In this document: positions 49,323 to 58,310 of the stretch, one piece after another
How positions within the stretch are numbered: the first letter of the stretch is position 1
Layout: every line of letters begins with the position of its first letter
Source: Bacteroidales bacterium
GTDB lineage: Bacteria > Bacteroidota > Bacteroidia > Bacteroidales > TTA-H9
Assembly (NCBI GenBank): GCA_028689615.1
Contig: JAQVCV010000002.1
Coordinates: 20,092-84,091, forward strand
DNA length: 64,000 nt
Direction of reading: 5' to 3'
Notes under the pieces: model-generated
Seen by the model: only the letters and a program-made list of their open reading frames with translations
Told to the model about the DNA's origin: nothing
The model's database searches: none
Program-made: the position numbers and the translations under genes

Positions 49323-49547
49323 ATGGATGAAGATAAAAACATTGTGCGCAATCATTTGCGTGTAAAAATAAACCGCTATAAAAGCGAAGCACTGGAAATA
49401 ACTGGTACTGATGAGGCTTCACAGAGACGGCTGTCGCTGTTGAACTATAAAATTTCAGCATACCAAAACCGTCTCTCAGAGCTAAACAGGCACTCACATG
49501 AATATGGAGAGCCAGGTAAAACATTGTGTGGTACTGATATATATTAA
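49323..49547 (+). CDS. hypothetical phage early protein
   Basis: 74-aa ORF in series with the early operon. No motif. Confidence 0.3.
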   Translation: MDEDKNIVRNHLRVKINRYKSEALEITGTDEASQRRLSLLNYKISAYQNRLSELNRHSHEYGEPGKTLCGTDIY

Positions 49548-49579
49548 AGAATGTTTTTTTTACTAAATGCTTACCTAAT

Positions 49580-49774
49580 ATGCCAAAAATTAAGAAGAAC
49601 TACACCGTTACAAGCCTTACCCCATGCCGCTCGTGCCAGGGCACCGGGCTTTACACCCGCAAGCCCAAAAACCTTGCAGAAAAATGCACCGTGTGCCAGG
49701 GAACCGGCATGCTCAAGGTTACCAAAGAGGTGCAAATGATAATTGAACCGGCTGACGCATTACATAATGATTAA
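49580..49774 (+). CDS. DnaJ-type zinc-finger mini-protein (two CxxCxGxG motifs)
   Basis: 64 aa containing CRSCQGTG and CTVCQGTG, the repeat unit of the DnaJ cysteine-rich zinc-finger domain. Confidence 0.45.
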   Translation: MPKIKKNYTVTSLTPCRSCQGTGLYTRKPKNLAEKCTVCQGTGMLKVTKEVQMIIEPADALHND

Positions 49775-49800
49775 ATAACCTTTTAAACACTTTTTAAAAC

Positions 49801-50415
49801 ATGATTCAAAATTCAAAACAAAAAACCTGGACCGATGAGGCAGGCATGGAGATTCCCTTCACCCGCATCACGGCAGAAGAAAAAAACAGGGAGCGGCAGG
49901 CCGCCAAGCTGCTTGCTGATGCTAAAAAAATCAATTCAATGCTGGCGGCCTTCAAAGATAACGTGAGCGAAACCTGCACACAAGTGTATGAGGCTTACAT
50001 GGCGTCGAGAAAAATTACTGCACCCATGAAGGGTAATTTTACCTGGTACAACTTTGACCGCTCTATCAAAATTGAGGTTAGCGTAAACGAACGGATTGAA
50101 TTTGATGACATGTCGCTTGCTGCATGCCGTTCAAAACTCAATGAGTTTCTCGAAGGGGCTATCGATTCGAAGGTGGAGTTTATTAAAGACCTGATAAATG
50201 AAGCATTCACTACATCGAGAGGCCGGCTTGATTCAAAAAAGGTGATGAGCCTGCTGAAGTACAAATCGAAGATCAAAGAGCCGGCTTTTTCTGAGGCTAT
50301 GGATTACCTGGAGCAATCAATAAGAAGATCGACAAGTAAAACTTACTTCCGAGTCTGGGAAAAAGGCAAATCGGGAGAATATGAAGCTATTGACCTTAAC
50401 TTTTCATCAATATGA
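49801..50415 (+). CDS. hypothetical phage early protein (about 200 aa, helical)
   Basis: No catalytic motif. Positionally equivalent to Mu early accessory genes. Confidence 0.4.
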   Translation: MIQNSKQKTWTDEAGMEIPFTRITAEEKNRERQAAKLLADAKKINSMLAAFKDNVSETCTQVYEAYMASRKITAPMKGNFTWYNFDRSIKIEVSVNERIEFDDMSLAACRSKLNEFLEGAIDSKVEFIKDLINEAFTTSRGRLDSKKVMSLLKYKSKIKEPAFSEAMDYLEQSIRRSTSKTYFRVWEKGKSGEYEAIDLNFSSI

Positions 50416-50681
50416 AACCATCGGCAGTAATTATGATGCACAGGGAGGCCGGCGTCGTAACCTTGCGCCCGCGGTTCAATAACAAGCTTGGTATGTTTGA
50501 GCTTGTAAAAAGCACGCTGACGGGTGGATGGGCCGTTTATGGTGGCAGGAAGTTCTACACCAAAGAGGAGGCCGCGAAAAACGCGGCGCAGCTTGCAGAG
50601 ATGATGCCCAAGCATTACAGGTTAGATGACCAGGCAACTGAATACGTGCCACAAAAAAGCTACCGCGATGCGCAAGTATAG
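50412..50681 (+). CDS. hypothetical phage protein
   Basis: 89 aa. ATGA overlap with the preceding gene. Confidence 0.35.
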   Translation: MKPSAVIMMHREAGVVTLRPRFNNKLGMFELVKSTLTGGWAVYGGRKFYTKEEAAKNAAQLAEMMPKHYRLDDQATEYVPQKSYRDAQV

Positions 50682-51087
50682 GATTACAACCGTAACCGAT
50701 CCGGTAACCACAACCGTCACCTTCATCAACAATGATTTGGTGATGGTTGAGGTGCCGGCAGAGATGGAACCGGTTCGGAAAAGCCGTTTTTTATCGGTAG
50801 TTCCGGTGACATTTGAAGAGTTTAAGGCTTGGATGCAAAACAAGAACTTCGTGGTGCAGGAAGTGCCACAGGATTTGAGTTTTGAAGCCTTCTGGCTTCG
50901 CTACAACTACAAGGTGGGCAAAAAAGAGCGGGCAAAGAAGCTTTGGCAGTCCATGACCGACGACGAACACGCCGCCGCTTTGCTGTCAATTAAGAAATAC
51001 AATGCCTATTTAATCAACCATCCTACAATCGAGCGTGCCTATCCAGAAACTTGGTTAAGCCAACGGCGGTGGGAAAATTCATTTTAA
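50668..51087 (+). CDS. hypothetical phage protein
   Basis: Internal ATG at 50668 (MRKYRITTV...). Overlaps the preceding gene's stop. Confidence 0.35.
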   Translation: MRKYRITTVTDPVTTTVTFINNDLVMVEVPAEMEPVRKSRFLSVVPVTFEEFKAWMQNKNFVVQEVPQDLSFEAFWLRYNYKVGKKERAKKLWQSMTDDEHAAALLSIKKYNAYLINHPTIERAYPETWLSQRRWENSF

Positions 51088-51088
51088 C

Positions 51089-51433
51089 ATGCAGAAGATT
51101 AAGCTATCATTCAGTTATCAGAAATACCAGGCTCTTTTTTTGATTATGAGGGCAATGAACTTTGATGCGATTAGCGACTATGGAGTGCGCATTATGTCAA
51201 GGTTTATACTTGAGAAGGTGTTTGCTAAAATAAGTCGCAAAGTGCTAAGCGGTTTTATATTCAAAGAGGTGACTCTTAGCCTGCATCCCGCCGAGGCTCA
51301 TGCTATGCACGAACTGTTGCTTTATGGAACGGCACCTCTTGGCGACTACGAGCGCGGTGTGGTTTATGAAATAATTGAAGCTATTGAGCAGCAAACACTG
51401 CAAATTAACGCAAACAGGCTGCTACATGGATAA
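51089..51433 (+). CDS. hypothetical phage protein
   Basis: 114 aa, starting 2 nt after the previous stop. Confidence 0.3.
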   Translation: MQKIKLSFSYQKYQALFLIMRAMNFDAISDYGVRIMSRFILEKVFAKISRKVLSGFIFKEVTLSLHPAEAHAMHELLLYGTAPLGDYERGVVYEIIEAIEQQTLQINANRLLHG

Positions 51434-51550
51434 AGTTATTGCTCTTTTGATGATTTGTGCCGCGCTGTGTTGGGTGATTAGCCCTGAGAGACGCCGCTCA
51501 AATACAATTTATAGTGAACGAATTAAACGCTATTTATACCCTAAGAAAAA

Positions 51551-51904
51551 ATGAGAACCCCAAAAATTTATATCGCCGGCAAGATAACCGGGCTTGATTT
51601 AAATGAGGCAAGAAAGGCCTTTGCAGATGCTGAAGCGTTTTTGCGCGAGGCGGCTCCAGAGTGTGCTATCGTAAACCCAATGACCTTGCCCCACCAGCAC
51701 GACCATTCTTATGAAAGCTACATGCAGGAGTGCCTCGAAGAGCTCAAGCAGTGCCAGGTTGTGTATGTGTTAAACGGATGGAGCGGTAGTAAAGGAGTTC
51801 TTACTGAAATACGGATGGCTGCAGAACGCAGGATGCTCATTATTTTTGAAACGGCAAACGCTGACAAGGTTGTGGCGTTTGAGTTAAACAAGATGATAAG
51901 ATGA
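51551..51904 (+). CDS. DUF4406-family (nucleoside 2-deoxyribosyltransferase-like) protein
   Basis: Pattern KIYIAGKITG...VNP...YMQECLEELKQCQVVYVLNGWSGSKGVLTEIRMA matches the DUF4406 / deoxyribosyltransferase-like fold signature (IYIAGpmtG ... l.GW..S.Ga..E). Confidence 0.5.
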   Translation: MRTPKIYIAGKITGLDLNEARKAFADAEAFLREAAPECAIVNPMTLPHQHDHSYESYMQECLEELKQCQVVYVLNGWSGSKGVLTEIRMAAERRMLIIFETANADKVVAFELNKMIR

Positions 51905-52332
51905 TGACAAGCGAGAAAGCAGAAAAAAACCGGCTGATCCGCATTATTCACGTGCTGCTTCGCGAAACAGGGCTTGAACAACGCAAATGCGACCTGCTTG
52001 AAGGTTATGGAGTTGAACACACAAACGAATTGAGTGTAGATCAAATGCGCGGTTTGGCCGCTTGGTTGCTCAAGCATCGCGATGGCACCAATGCACAGAT
52101 TAGGGCTGCTCGCTCGCAGGTGCTCTCGCAGCTTCAGCGCATAGGCATCTACACCGACAACCGCGACTGGGCACAGGTGAACCATTACCTGATGCAGCCC
52201 CGCATAGCCGGCAAATTGCTCTACCAGATGGACATTGCCGAGCTTGAAGCGCTATCGGTTAAGCTACGTGCAATTGAGCGCAAAACCGAATTAAAAACGC
52301 TCGAAACTCACCACCTTACCCGTAACAACTAG
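51901..52332 (+). CDS. hypothetical phage protein (GemA/gp16-like by position)
   Basis: 143 aa, helical. ATGA overlap with the previous gene. Confidence 0.3.
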   Translation: MMTSEKAEKNRLIRIIHVLLRETGLEQRKCDLLEGYGVEHTNELSVDQMRGLAAWLLKHRDGTNAQIRAARSQVLSQLQRIGIYTDNRDWAQVNHYLMQPRIAGKLLYQMDIAELEALSVKLRAIERKTELKTLETHHLTRNN

Positions 52333-52333
52333 C

Positions 52334-52546
52334 ATGAAACATGGCTGCTCTGCTCATTACCTCCGTAGGGTTAAACTGGTTGTTGAACTCTACCGATCAA
52401 AAAAACTACCCGGATACTCCGACGCGTATGTATATCGGGAGTTTATAAACCCTGTTTACCCTATGAGCCTGAGTACCTTCTATGAATATTTAAGCGTACC
52501 TGTTGAAAAATTAATGAAACTGAAAAATGAAAACCTACACGATTAA
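52334..52546 (+). CDS. hypothetical small phage protein
   Basis: 70 aa. Possible regulatory protein by position, ahead of the AT-rich block. Confidence 0.25.
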   Translation: MKHGCSAHYLRRVKLVVELYRSKKLPGYSDAYVYREFINPVYPMSLSTFYEYLSVPVEKLMKLKNENLHD

Positions 52547-52740
52547 GCAGATCGGCATTTCGCTAACGGGCTGGCGGTATGCGGTCGTTGCCGTGTATCA
52601 AATTAGTAATGACTTAATTAAAAGCAGAATATTATGAATACAGAATCAGTTTCAAAAAAGAAAAAAGGCAATGCCGTATTACCGCATGTTAGCGGTTCGG
52701 GCTTTTTTAAGTAGTTTTTAATCAGTTAAATAAAATCAAA

Positions 52741-53148
52741 ATGGATTACAAAGAAAAAATTAAATCAGCAATCGAAAGAGCTAATCAAAATTTAGCCTTT
52801 GATAGAAAATTAAGAGACGAAGCAATCGAAGCTTTCAAGAAAAGAGAGCAGGAAGAAGAAGAACCAATAAGGTTATTAATACAACAATACTTAGACGAAG
52901 AGCTGAAAGACATTAACGGCAACACAATCAGGGAAGGTTATATTATTGTTTCGCAAAACAATTACCCAGCCTATAAGGTAATTAAGAGAGGTATGCAGTT
53001 TCTCTTCGGAACTCCTCTGTTTAGTCCAAGCGTTCAAGTTGTGTCATACAGCCCAACCAAAGAGCCAAAATTTGGTAAAAAAGTAAAAACACTTCATAGA
53101 AGCGAATTATCAAAAATGGTTATAATGTTCGATGATGGCGCTTCTTAG
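52741..53148 (+). CDS. hypothetical protein in AT-rich moron
   Basis: 135 aa, Lys/Glu-rich. The local sequence is visibly more AT-rich than the rest of the prophage. Confidence 0.4.
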   Translation: MDYKEKIKSAIERANQNLAFDRKLRDEAIEAFKKREQEEEEPIRLLIQQYLDEELKDINGNTIREGYIIVSQNNYPAYKVIKRGMQFLFGTPLFSPSVQVVSYSPTKEPKFGKKVKTLHRSELSKMVIMFDDGAS

Positions 53149-53262
53149 CCTGACAGATAACGCATCGCAGGTATGAAGCGGCCTGTGTTGCTCCTGGGCA
53201 GGCTGATTTATACCTGCGGTTATCGCTTCGGTTTTTATTATTAATCTTTTAATCAAATATAT

Positions 53263-53667
53263 ATGTTAAACGAATTGTCAAAACAAATTCACGAAAATGC
53301 TAAATCAAAAGGCTTTTTCGACAATGAAAGAAATTTAGGTGAAATGCTTTGCCTTATTCATTCAGAAGTATCAGAGGCTTTAGAAGCCGTAAGAACTGAT
53401 AATTATTATTCAAATTGCTGTGATGAGCAAAAGTGGTTCATTAAAGGAATGGCAGACAAAAACTACGGCGCAACCTTTAATGATGACTCATTTTTCAAAG
53501 AACAATTTGAAAACAGAGTAAAAAATTCTTTTGAGGATGAACTTGCAGACGTTGTTATTAGGGTTCTCGATTTGTGTGCTTTCAAAGATATCGACATCGA
53601 AAGTCATATTAAGGCAAAAATGCGTTATAATGCACTCAGACCACATAAACACGGAAAGGCTTTTTAA
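53263..53667 (+). CDS. MazG-like nucleoside-triphosphate pyrophosphohydrolase
   Basis: Motifs EVSEALEA, EDELADVVIRVLDL and KMRYNALRPHKHGK match the all-alpha NTP-PPase (MazG/HisE) family signature (E.xEl.ea...EElaDvl..ll.la...). Confidence 0.6.
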   Translation: MLNELSKQIHENAKSKGFFDNERNLGEMLCLIHSEVSEALEAVRTDNYYSNCCDEQKWFIKGMADKNYGATFNDDSFFKEQFENRVKNSFEDELADVVIRVLDLCAFKDIDIESHIKAKMRYNALRPHKHGKAF

Positions 53668-53760
53668 ACTGAGCGATAACAAGCATATATACGCAAGTCC
53701 GTTTTTAAGCGATTAAAAACGACTTTTTATCAAACCTAATTTATACATTTGTAAAACCTA

Positions 53761-53796
53761 AAAAGAAAAGCCCCGGACATTCCGGGGCTTTTTTGT
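53761..53796. terminator. bidirectional hairpin terminator between convergent MazG-like and late (minus-strand) genes
   Basis: aagccccgga-ca-tccggggctt flanked by an A run and a T run. Confidence 0.7.
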
Positions 53797-53816
53797 TGTA
53801 TATCATCTTCCCGACA

Positions 53817-54335
53817 TCAGGAAGATGATTGTAAGATTGGGCTTGGCTTAATGATGCCCGCGTCCACGTCGGGGCTAAGGTCGGTGAATGTGAGCTGCGC
53901 CGTGGTGTCGGTTAGCAGGGTTTCAAACCGGAGGTGGTACTCGCGTATGCCATCGTCGCGCACCACGCGTTTGAACCCGGCGCGCGAAAGGGTGCCATAG
54001 TGCGAGTCGGTACCGTGCCAGCCATGCAGCTTCTGGTAAACGGTTTGTGCCAGGCCAAAGAAACTGTTAGCGTTGTTGCGCCCATTCACCGGAGCCTTTT
54101 GGCTGGTTTTGTTCAGGCGGGTATCGGCCAGCCTTATGAGCACCGTGCAATCAATCAACTGCACCTTGCTGCCCATGTTCGATGGCGCGGCGTCAACAAT
54201 ATCAACCAGGGCGCACGGCCACCGCACGGGCGGGTTCTGGCTGAACTCGTCGAGCTGGCCCCAGTCCTCGTCAATGTACAATATGCCGGCAATTTCGGTG
54301 AGGCGGTTTCTCACGTCTTCAATGAGTGTTACCAT
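53817..54335 (-). CDS. hypothetical phage structural/morphogenesis protein
   Basis: 172 aa. Last gene of the minus-strand head module. No motif. Confidence 0.35.
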   Translation of the reverse strand: MVTLIEDVRNRLTEIAGILYIDEDWGQLDEFSQNPPVRWPCALVDIVDAAPSNMGSKVQLIDCTVLIRLADTRLNKTSQKAPVNGRNNANSFFGLAQTVYQKLHGWHGTDSHYGTLSRAGFKRVVRDDGIREYHLRFETLLTDTTAQLTFTDLSPDVDAGIIKPSPILQSSS

Positions 54336-54336
54336 G

Positions 54337-54882
54337 TTAGCGGGGTTTTAATCGTGATTTAATGAAAGCATCAATATCGGCCTCGCGGCCTTTAACTACT
54401 CGTTCAATGGCGTTTTTTACCTGCGGGTGGTTGCCTATAAACTGCCTTTTGGGAAAGGTAAGCGTTTCCCCAACGGGTTTTAGAGCCAGGGCCTTCCACC
54501 AGGCGGCTTCGTCGGTCAGAGCCCGGTTGCGAGAGGTTTTGGCTGCGCCCTTTGTTTTTACACTATACGTTATGGCGTTGGTATTTTTGTAGTACATGGC
54601 CCAGAAAAATCGTTTCATTTTGGCCGTAAGCTTTACCTTGCCGCCGGCATTGTGCAGTTGAGCATACGGGGTGCTGCTGGTAAATACGACGGCACTGCCG
54701 GCAACCCGGGCGCGCAGGCTGCGGCGAAGTCTGCCGGTACGAAGCATCAGCGATCCGCGCTTATTAGGCATTCGCACACCGGGCCATGGATCGTCGAAAA
54801 AGGCCTTGCGCTCGAAGTTTTTGTCGAATTCATCGGCCAATTCCACCTTCAGGTCGTTCAACAGGTCACGTAAAAAGTTCAT
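54337..54882 (-). CDS. phage virion morphogenesis protein, Mu G-like (putative)
   Basis: 181 aa. Follows the F-like gene as in Mu (F then G). Pattern FDDPWPGV...MLRTGRLRRSL resembles morphogenesis-family proteins. Assignment is mainly positional. Confidence 0.4.
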   Translation of the reverse strand: MNFLRDLLNDLKVELADEFDKNFERKAFFDDPWPGVRMPNKRGSLMLRTGRLRRSLRARVAGSAVVFTSSTPYAQLHNAGGKVKLTAKMKRFFWAMYYKNTNAITYSVKTKGAAKTSRNRALTDEAAWWKALALKPVGETLTFPKRQFIGNHPQVKNAIERVVKGREADIDAFIKSRLKPR

Positions 54883-55007
54883 TTTTTTTGATCAAATTGT
54901 CGGTTATGCGAAAATGTGATGTATCTTTGTAGCGGCTGGGGACAGAGCAGGCGTTTTACTCCTGCCCCCCGGCCCCCCAAAAAGCATCCGCAAGGGTGCT
55001 TTTTGCT

Positions 55008-56390
55008 TTATAAGGCAAAGGAATCGGATAATATGTAACCACGCTGGAATTTTTTATCGTTTCCGTTTCTGAAAATAGTGATAGCATTAATACTGCCCTC
55101 GCGCAAAACACGGCTTTTAATTGCCCGTGATAAAGTATTGTTGTCAATATCTGACTTGACGTGAATGATAACGTGTTCTGCTTTCTTCGCTGCATCTCTT
55201 ATGGCAAGGTCAATAGCGTTTTTTGTTGGTTTTCGGTTAGTCTTAAACTCGAGTATTTCTGAAGTAGTGTAATTGTAGGCATCGGCGGTTTTAGTGTTAA
55301 AGCCACTTGCTAAGAGTTTGATGTGGTGCCCGTACTTGTTTGCAAAGTGCCGGGCGATCTCAATGTTTTCGGCTTTCTCGTTTTTTCCATGCAGTGAGCT
55401 TATTTCTAGTTTTCCCGCTTTTGTTTCGACGGTTGTAACCGTTTCTCCGCTAACAGCAAGTTGTTTTTCAACCTGTTCGCGTAGTTTAAAGTACGGATGG
55501 TGAGGAGGGAAGATCACGGCCTGCTTCCCAGGGTTGAAGCGGAACATCTCAAGCCTGTTTGCCCTATTTTTATCAATATGGGTAGTGGCTTTTTTCCCCT
55601 CTTCGATGGCTTTGGCGGGGTCGCTCTCAGGGTATTTGTTTTTGAGTACCTGTACTACGGTGCACCGGCATCTCCAGCCATTTGGAGGGTAATACGAGTT
55701 CCAGAATTCGTCGGTGGCAGGCAGGGTTGTGCGGTTCAGTCGTTCGTGGCTTTCGCGCACGCGGTCGTCGGCTGCCGTGCGGTACTGGAGGTTGTAGCGG
55801 TCGCCATCGGTAGCCTGGTCAGCCCACCGGGCGGCCATCTCCGCGCTTTGAGTCGCGAAGTTGTACTCGGCCTCCAGGTAGTGTTCGTTGTAGCGTTTAT
55901 GCACCTTGAGTACGGCTACTTTGAAGGTGTTCCACTCCACGGGTTTCCCTTCAGCGTCGAGTAGCATGGCCGAAGCTTCGCGCAGCTCCACCTCCGTTTT
56001 GCACCCGGAGAACACAAACACATCGCTCTTCAGTTTTTGAAGCAGCTCAGGCGGTACCACCGTTTCCACGGTGCTGAGCGATGCCGACAGCGATCGGTTT
56101 ACTTCGCTCACCAGTGCTTTCACAGGCTTATGGCTGAGCATCCCGGTGTTGTAACCTCCTTTGCCGTGTAAGTACTTCACTGCTCCAATAAACACCTGCC
56201 TGTTGATGCCCGGGGCGGCTGCAAGGTTTGCAGGGCCGCACACAGGGCAATCGGCATACAACAACTCAAGGTGGCGGTTAAGCCCCGGCAGGGCGGGGCT
56301 GCTTAAAAAAAACTCTGGTTGTTCCTTCCTGCCGGTAAGGCCTGTGTTTTTTCGCCTGTTACCTCTATGCCAAACTTTCGCTTGATCCAT
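55008..56390 (-). CDS. phage head morphogenesis protein, Mu F / SPP1 gp7 family, with ~130-aa C-terminal extension (start uncertain; long overlap with the portal gene)
   Basis: Conserved F-family core (DDRVRESHERLNRTTLPATDEFWNSYYPPNGWRCRCTV). Immediately downstream of the portal. The first in-frame ATG after the overlap region is at 56141. Confidence 0.6.
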   Translation of the reverse strand: MDQAKVWHRGNRRKNTGLTGRKEQPEFFLSSPALPGLNRHLELLYADCPVCGPANLAAAPGINRQVFIGAVKYLHGKGGYNTGMLSHKPVKALVSEVNRSLSASLSTVETVVPPELLQKLKSDVFVFSGCKTEVELREASAMLLDAEGKPVEWNTFKVAVLKVHKRYNEHYLEAEYNFATQSAEMAARWADQATDGDRYNLQYRTAADDRVRESHERLNRTTLPATDEFWNSYYPPNGWRCRCTVVQVLKNKYPESDPAKAIEEGKKATTHIDKNRANRLEMFRFNPGKQAVIFPPHHPYFKLREQVEKQLAVSGETVTTVETKAGKLEISSLHGKNEKAENIEIARHFANKYGHHIKLLASGFNTKTADAYNYTTSEILEFKTNRKPTKNAIDLAIRDAAKKAEHVIIHVKSDIDNNTLSRAIKSRVLREGSINAITIFRNGNDKKFQRGYILSDSFAL

Positions 56391-57511
56391 TCCGGATCGA
56401 TTGAGTAATACTGCATGGCATCTTTCACCATGCCCCAGAGAACCTCAAGGTCTTCGGTAGGTTCATATTCGTAGGTGAGCCCATCGGGCAACAACCCCAG
56501 CTTCACCAGACCGGGCATCACGATGGTGTTGAACCAGGCCTCGATGATGGTTTTATCGGCCTCTACCAGTTTAGAAAGGGCCTTGTTTGATTCCTTTTCT
56601 TTGCTCTCGTTGCCGTTTTTGGTATCCTGGCCAATGATGGCACCGGTTACGAGCATACAAAATTCATCGTTGCAAAGCTTGATCAGGTTGTTGTAAACAT
56701 CGCCATTTGTTACGGCCCCCTGGGCGAATTCAAGCTCCTCGGCATCGTCGATAATAAACCATGCTGCGGCACCCATGTCGCGCATCATCTGTTCGCCACA
56801 CGAGAGTATTACCGGGTCCTGGGTGTTTGTTTTCAAATACCTCGGAGGTATTCCGTATATCTCGGCCAACTCGCTCCAGCAGGTTTGAGCAAACCCCTTC
56901 AGCAAAACGTGCGGTACCACTTTGTTGAGCAACCCCAGATCGTTTGCTTTCCCGAATTCATAAACCCACCAGCCAAATTCACGGGCATCGCGGTAGCGTA
57001 TGCCGGAGGTGTCGTTTTCGTCCTTCAGCAGGATGCCGGCACGAGGTTCTATGTTGCGCCGGTTGATGAGTGTGAGCTTGAGGCCGCCTCCCGGATTGTC
57101 GAATTCGACCAGCGAATGACCATACCACCGGGCCTCCCACATATAAGCGATCAGATCGGCGAACCAGTGTGCTTTCTTCAGGGCTTTTGTCAAATCCTCG
57201 TCAATGGTGCCAGAAGCATCTTTTAGCGAGAAGGTGGCACCCAGAACCTGATTTTTCCTGTTTTCGAGCTGCGAGGTCAATTTGGCATCAATACAAATGT
57301 CGTCGTAAAGAGCCTGAATTCTGGCACGGCGTGGAGTCTCGACTGCGAGCGCGGCTCTGATTGCGGTTTTCCATGAAGCGATGTCTTGCCGGGTTTGCGA
57401 TACGGCTTTAAGTTGGATAGACGAGTTCCAGGTTTCCTTCCGTTTTGGTGCCTCCGGAAGTGTTTGTTTTTGAGCAACAGCGAGGTTGGTGTTACGGCGT
57501 TTTTTTGTCAT
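56303..57511 (-). CDS. phage portal protein (Mu gp29 / DUF935-like, putative)
   Basis: 402 aa between the terminase and F-like genes. Acidic stretch typical of portals. Assignment rests on gene order TerL, portal, F. Confidence 0.5.
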   Translation of the reverse strand: MTKKRRNTNLAVAQKQTLPEAPKRKETWNSSIQLKAVSQTRQDIASWKTAIRAALAVETPRRARIQALYDDICIDAKLTSQLENRKNQVLGATFSLKDASGTIDEDLTKALKKAHWFADLIAYMWEARWYGHSLVEFDNPGGGLKLTLINRRNIEPRAGILLKDENDTSGIRYRDAREFGWWVYEFGKANDLGLLNKVVPHVLLKGFAQTCWSELAEIYGIPPRYLKTNTQDPVILSCGEQMMRDMGAAAWFIIDDAEELEFAQGAVTNGDVYNNLIKLCNDEFCMLVTGAIIGQDTKNGNESKEKESNKALSKLVEADKTIIEAWFNTIVMPGLVKLGLLPDGLTYEYEPTEDLEVLWGMVKDAMQYYSIDPEWIKRKFGIEVTGEKTQALPAGRNNQSFF

Positions 57512-57529
57512 TTAAACAGTCTTTAAATG

Positions 57530-58003
57530 TTAATACTCGTGGTTGAACTTCTCTCGGCTTCCGGCTCGGAACGGGAGTGATGTGTCGGACTCGGGGTCGG
57601 ATTCGAGCACAGGCAGGTTTGCACTTATTGGGGTTTGCCCGGCGTATTTGCCTGTGGCCGATACCTTCTCAAGCCAGTCTATTGCTCTGTCATATCTTTG
57701 CTTTACCTGCTCGTGAATGATGTCAACATTGGCCAGGCGGCAGATGTAATACACGGCCATGCTCTTGCATAGTTCAAGAATGAGTGGATTGCGGGCTTCC
57801 TCCTCGGCGTTGAATATGGCGCTGATGTCGTATCGCTTTCGCCCGTCGCGGTAATGAGTTTGGGAGTTTGGCTCCAGGTAGCTTTTCATCTCCTCTATGG
57901 CAGCCCCAATTGCCATAGAGGGGATGTCAGCATTCCCTTCGGTAATTTGCTCGAGCTGGTAGGCGTAAATTGCGCTCGATAACTCTTCGGTTGTGATAAA
58001 CAT
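57530..58003 (-). CDS. hypothetical phage protein
   Basis: 157 aa between terminase and portal. Confidence 0.35.
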   Translation of the reverse strand: MFITTEELSSAIYAYQLEQITEGNADIPSMAIGAAIEEMKSYLEPNSQTHYRDGRKRYDISAIFNAEEEARNPLILELCKSMAVYYICRLANVDIIHEQVKQRYDRAIDWLEKVSATGKYAGQTPISANLPVLESDPESDTSLPFRAGSREKFNHEY

Positions 58004-58005
58004 AA

Positions 58006-58308
58006 TTAATGAGTTATATAAATAGCCTGTTTTTCGATATGTTGAATTGTAACTCCCTTTTTAAAAACCCTTTTTGCGATCCAGTTTTTGAGTTTGTATT
58101 TGGGTATTGCTACCGGCTTGCCAGCATAATTTATTACAATGTATTTGCAGCCGTGCAAGCTTGCAAGCCGTTTGGCCTCTTTTATTTTTCGCTCAGAGGC
58201 TGTTTTGTAACGCCAGACTTTGTATTTATACCATTGTGTTTTGATCCAGGCTACCGGTTTGCTCTGCCGCCTAAGTAATGGCGTAGGGATGGGTGTTTGT
58301 TTTTCCAT
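58006..58308 (-). CDS. hypothetical small basic phage protein
   Basis: 100 aa, Lys-rich. Located 3 nt downstream of TerL. Confidence 0.3.
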   Translation of the reverse strand: MEKQTPIPTPLLRRQSKPVAWIKTQWYKYKVWRYKTASERKIKEAKRLASLHGCKYIVINYAGKPVAIPKYKLKNWIAKRVFKKGVTIQHIEKQAIYITH

Positions 58309-58310
58309 GG

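Noticed and set aside
54956-55195. 79-aa minus-strand ORF just downstream of the F-like gene
   Set aside because: Lies in the short gap region, largely overlapping the 3' end of the F-like gene frame context. No support. Likely non-coding.
57530-58003. Considered naming this Mu gp36/DUF1320-like
   Set aside because: Position between terminase and portal does not match where that family usually sits, and no motif could be verified. Left hypothetical.
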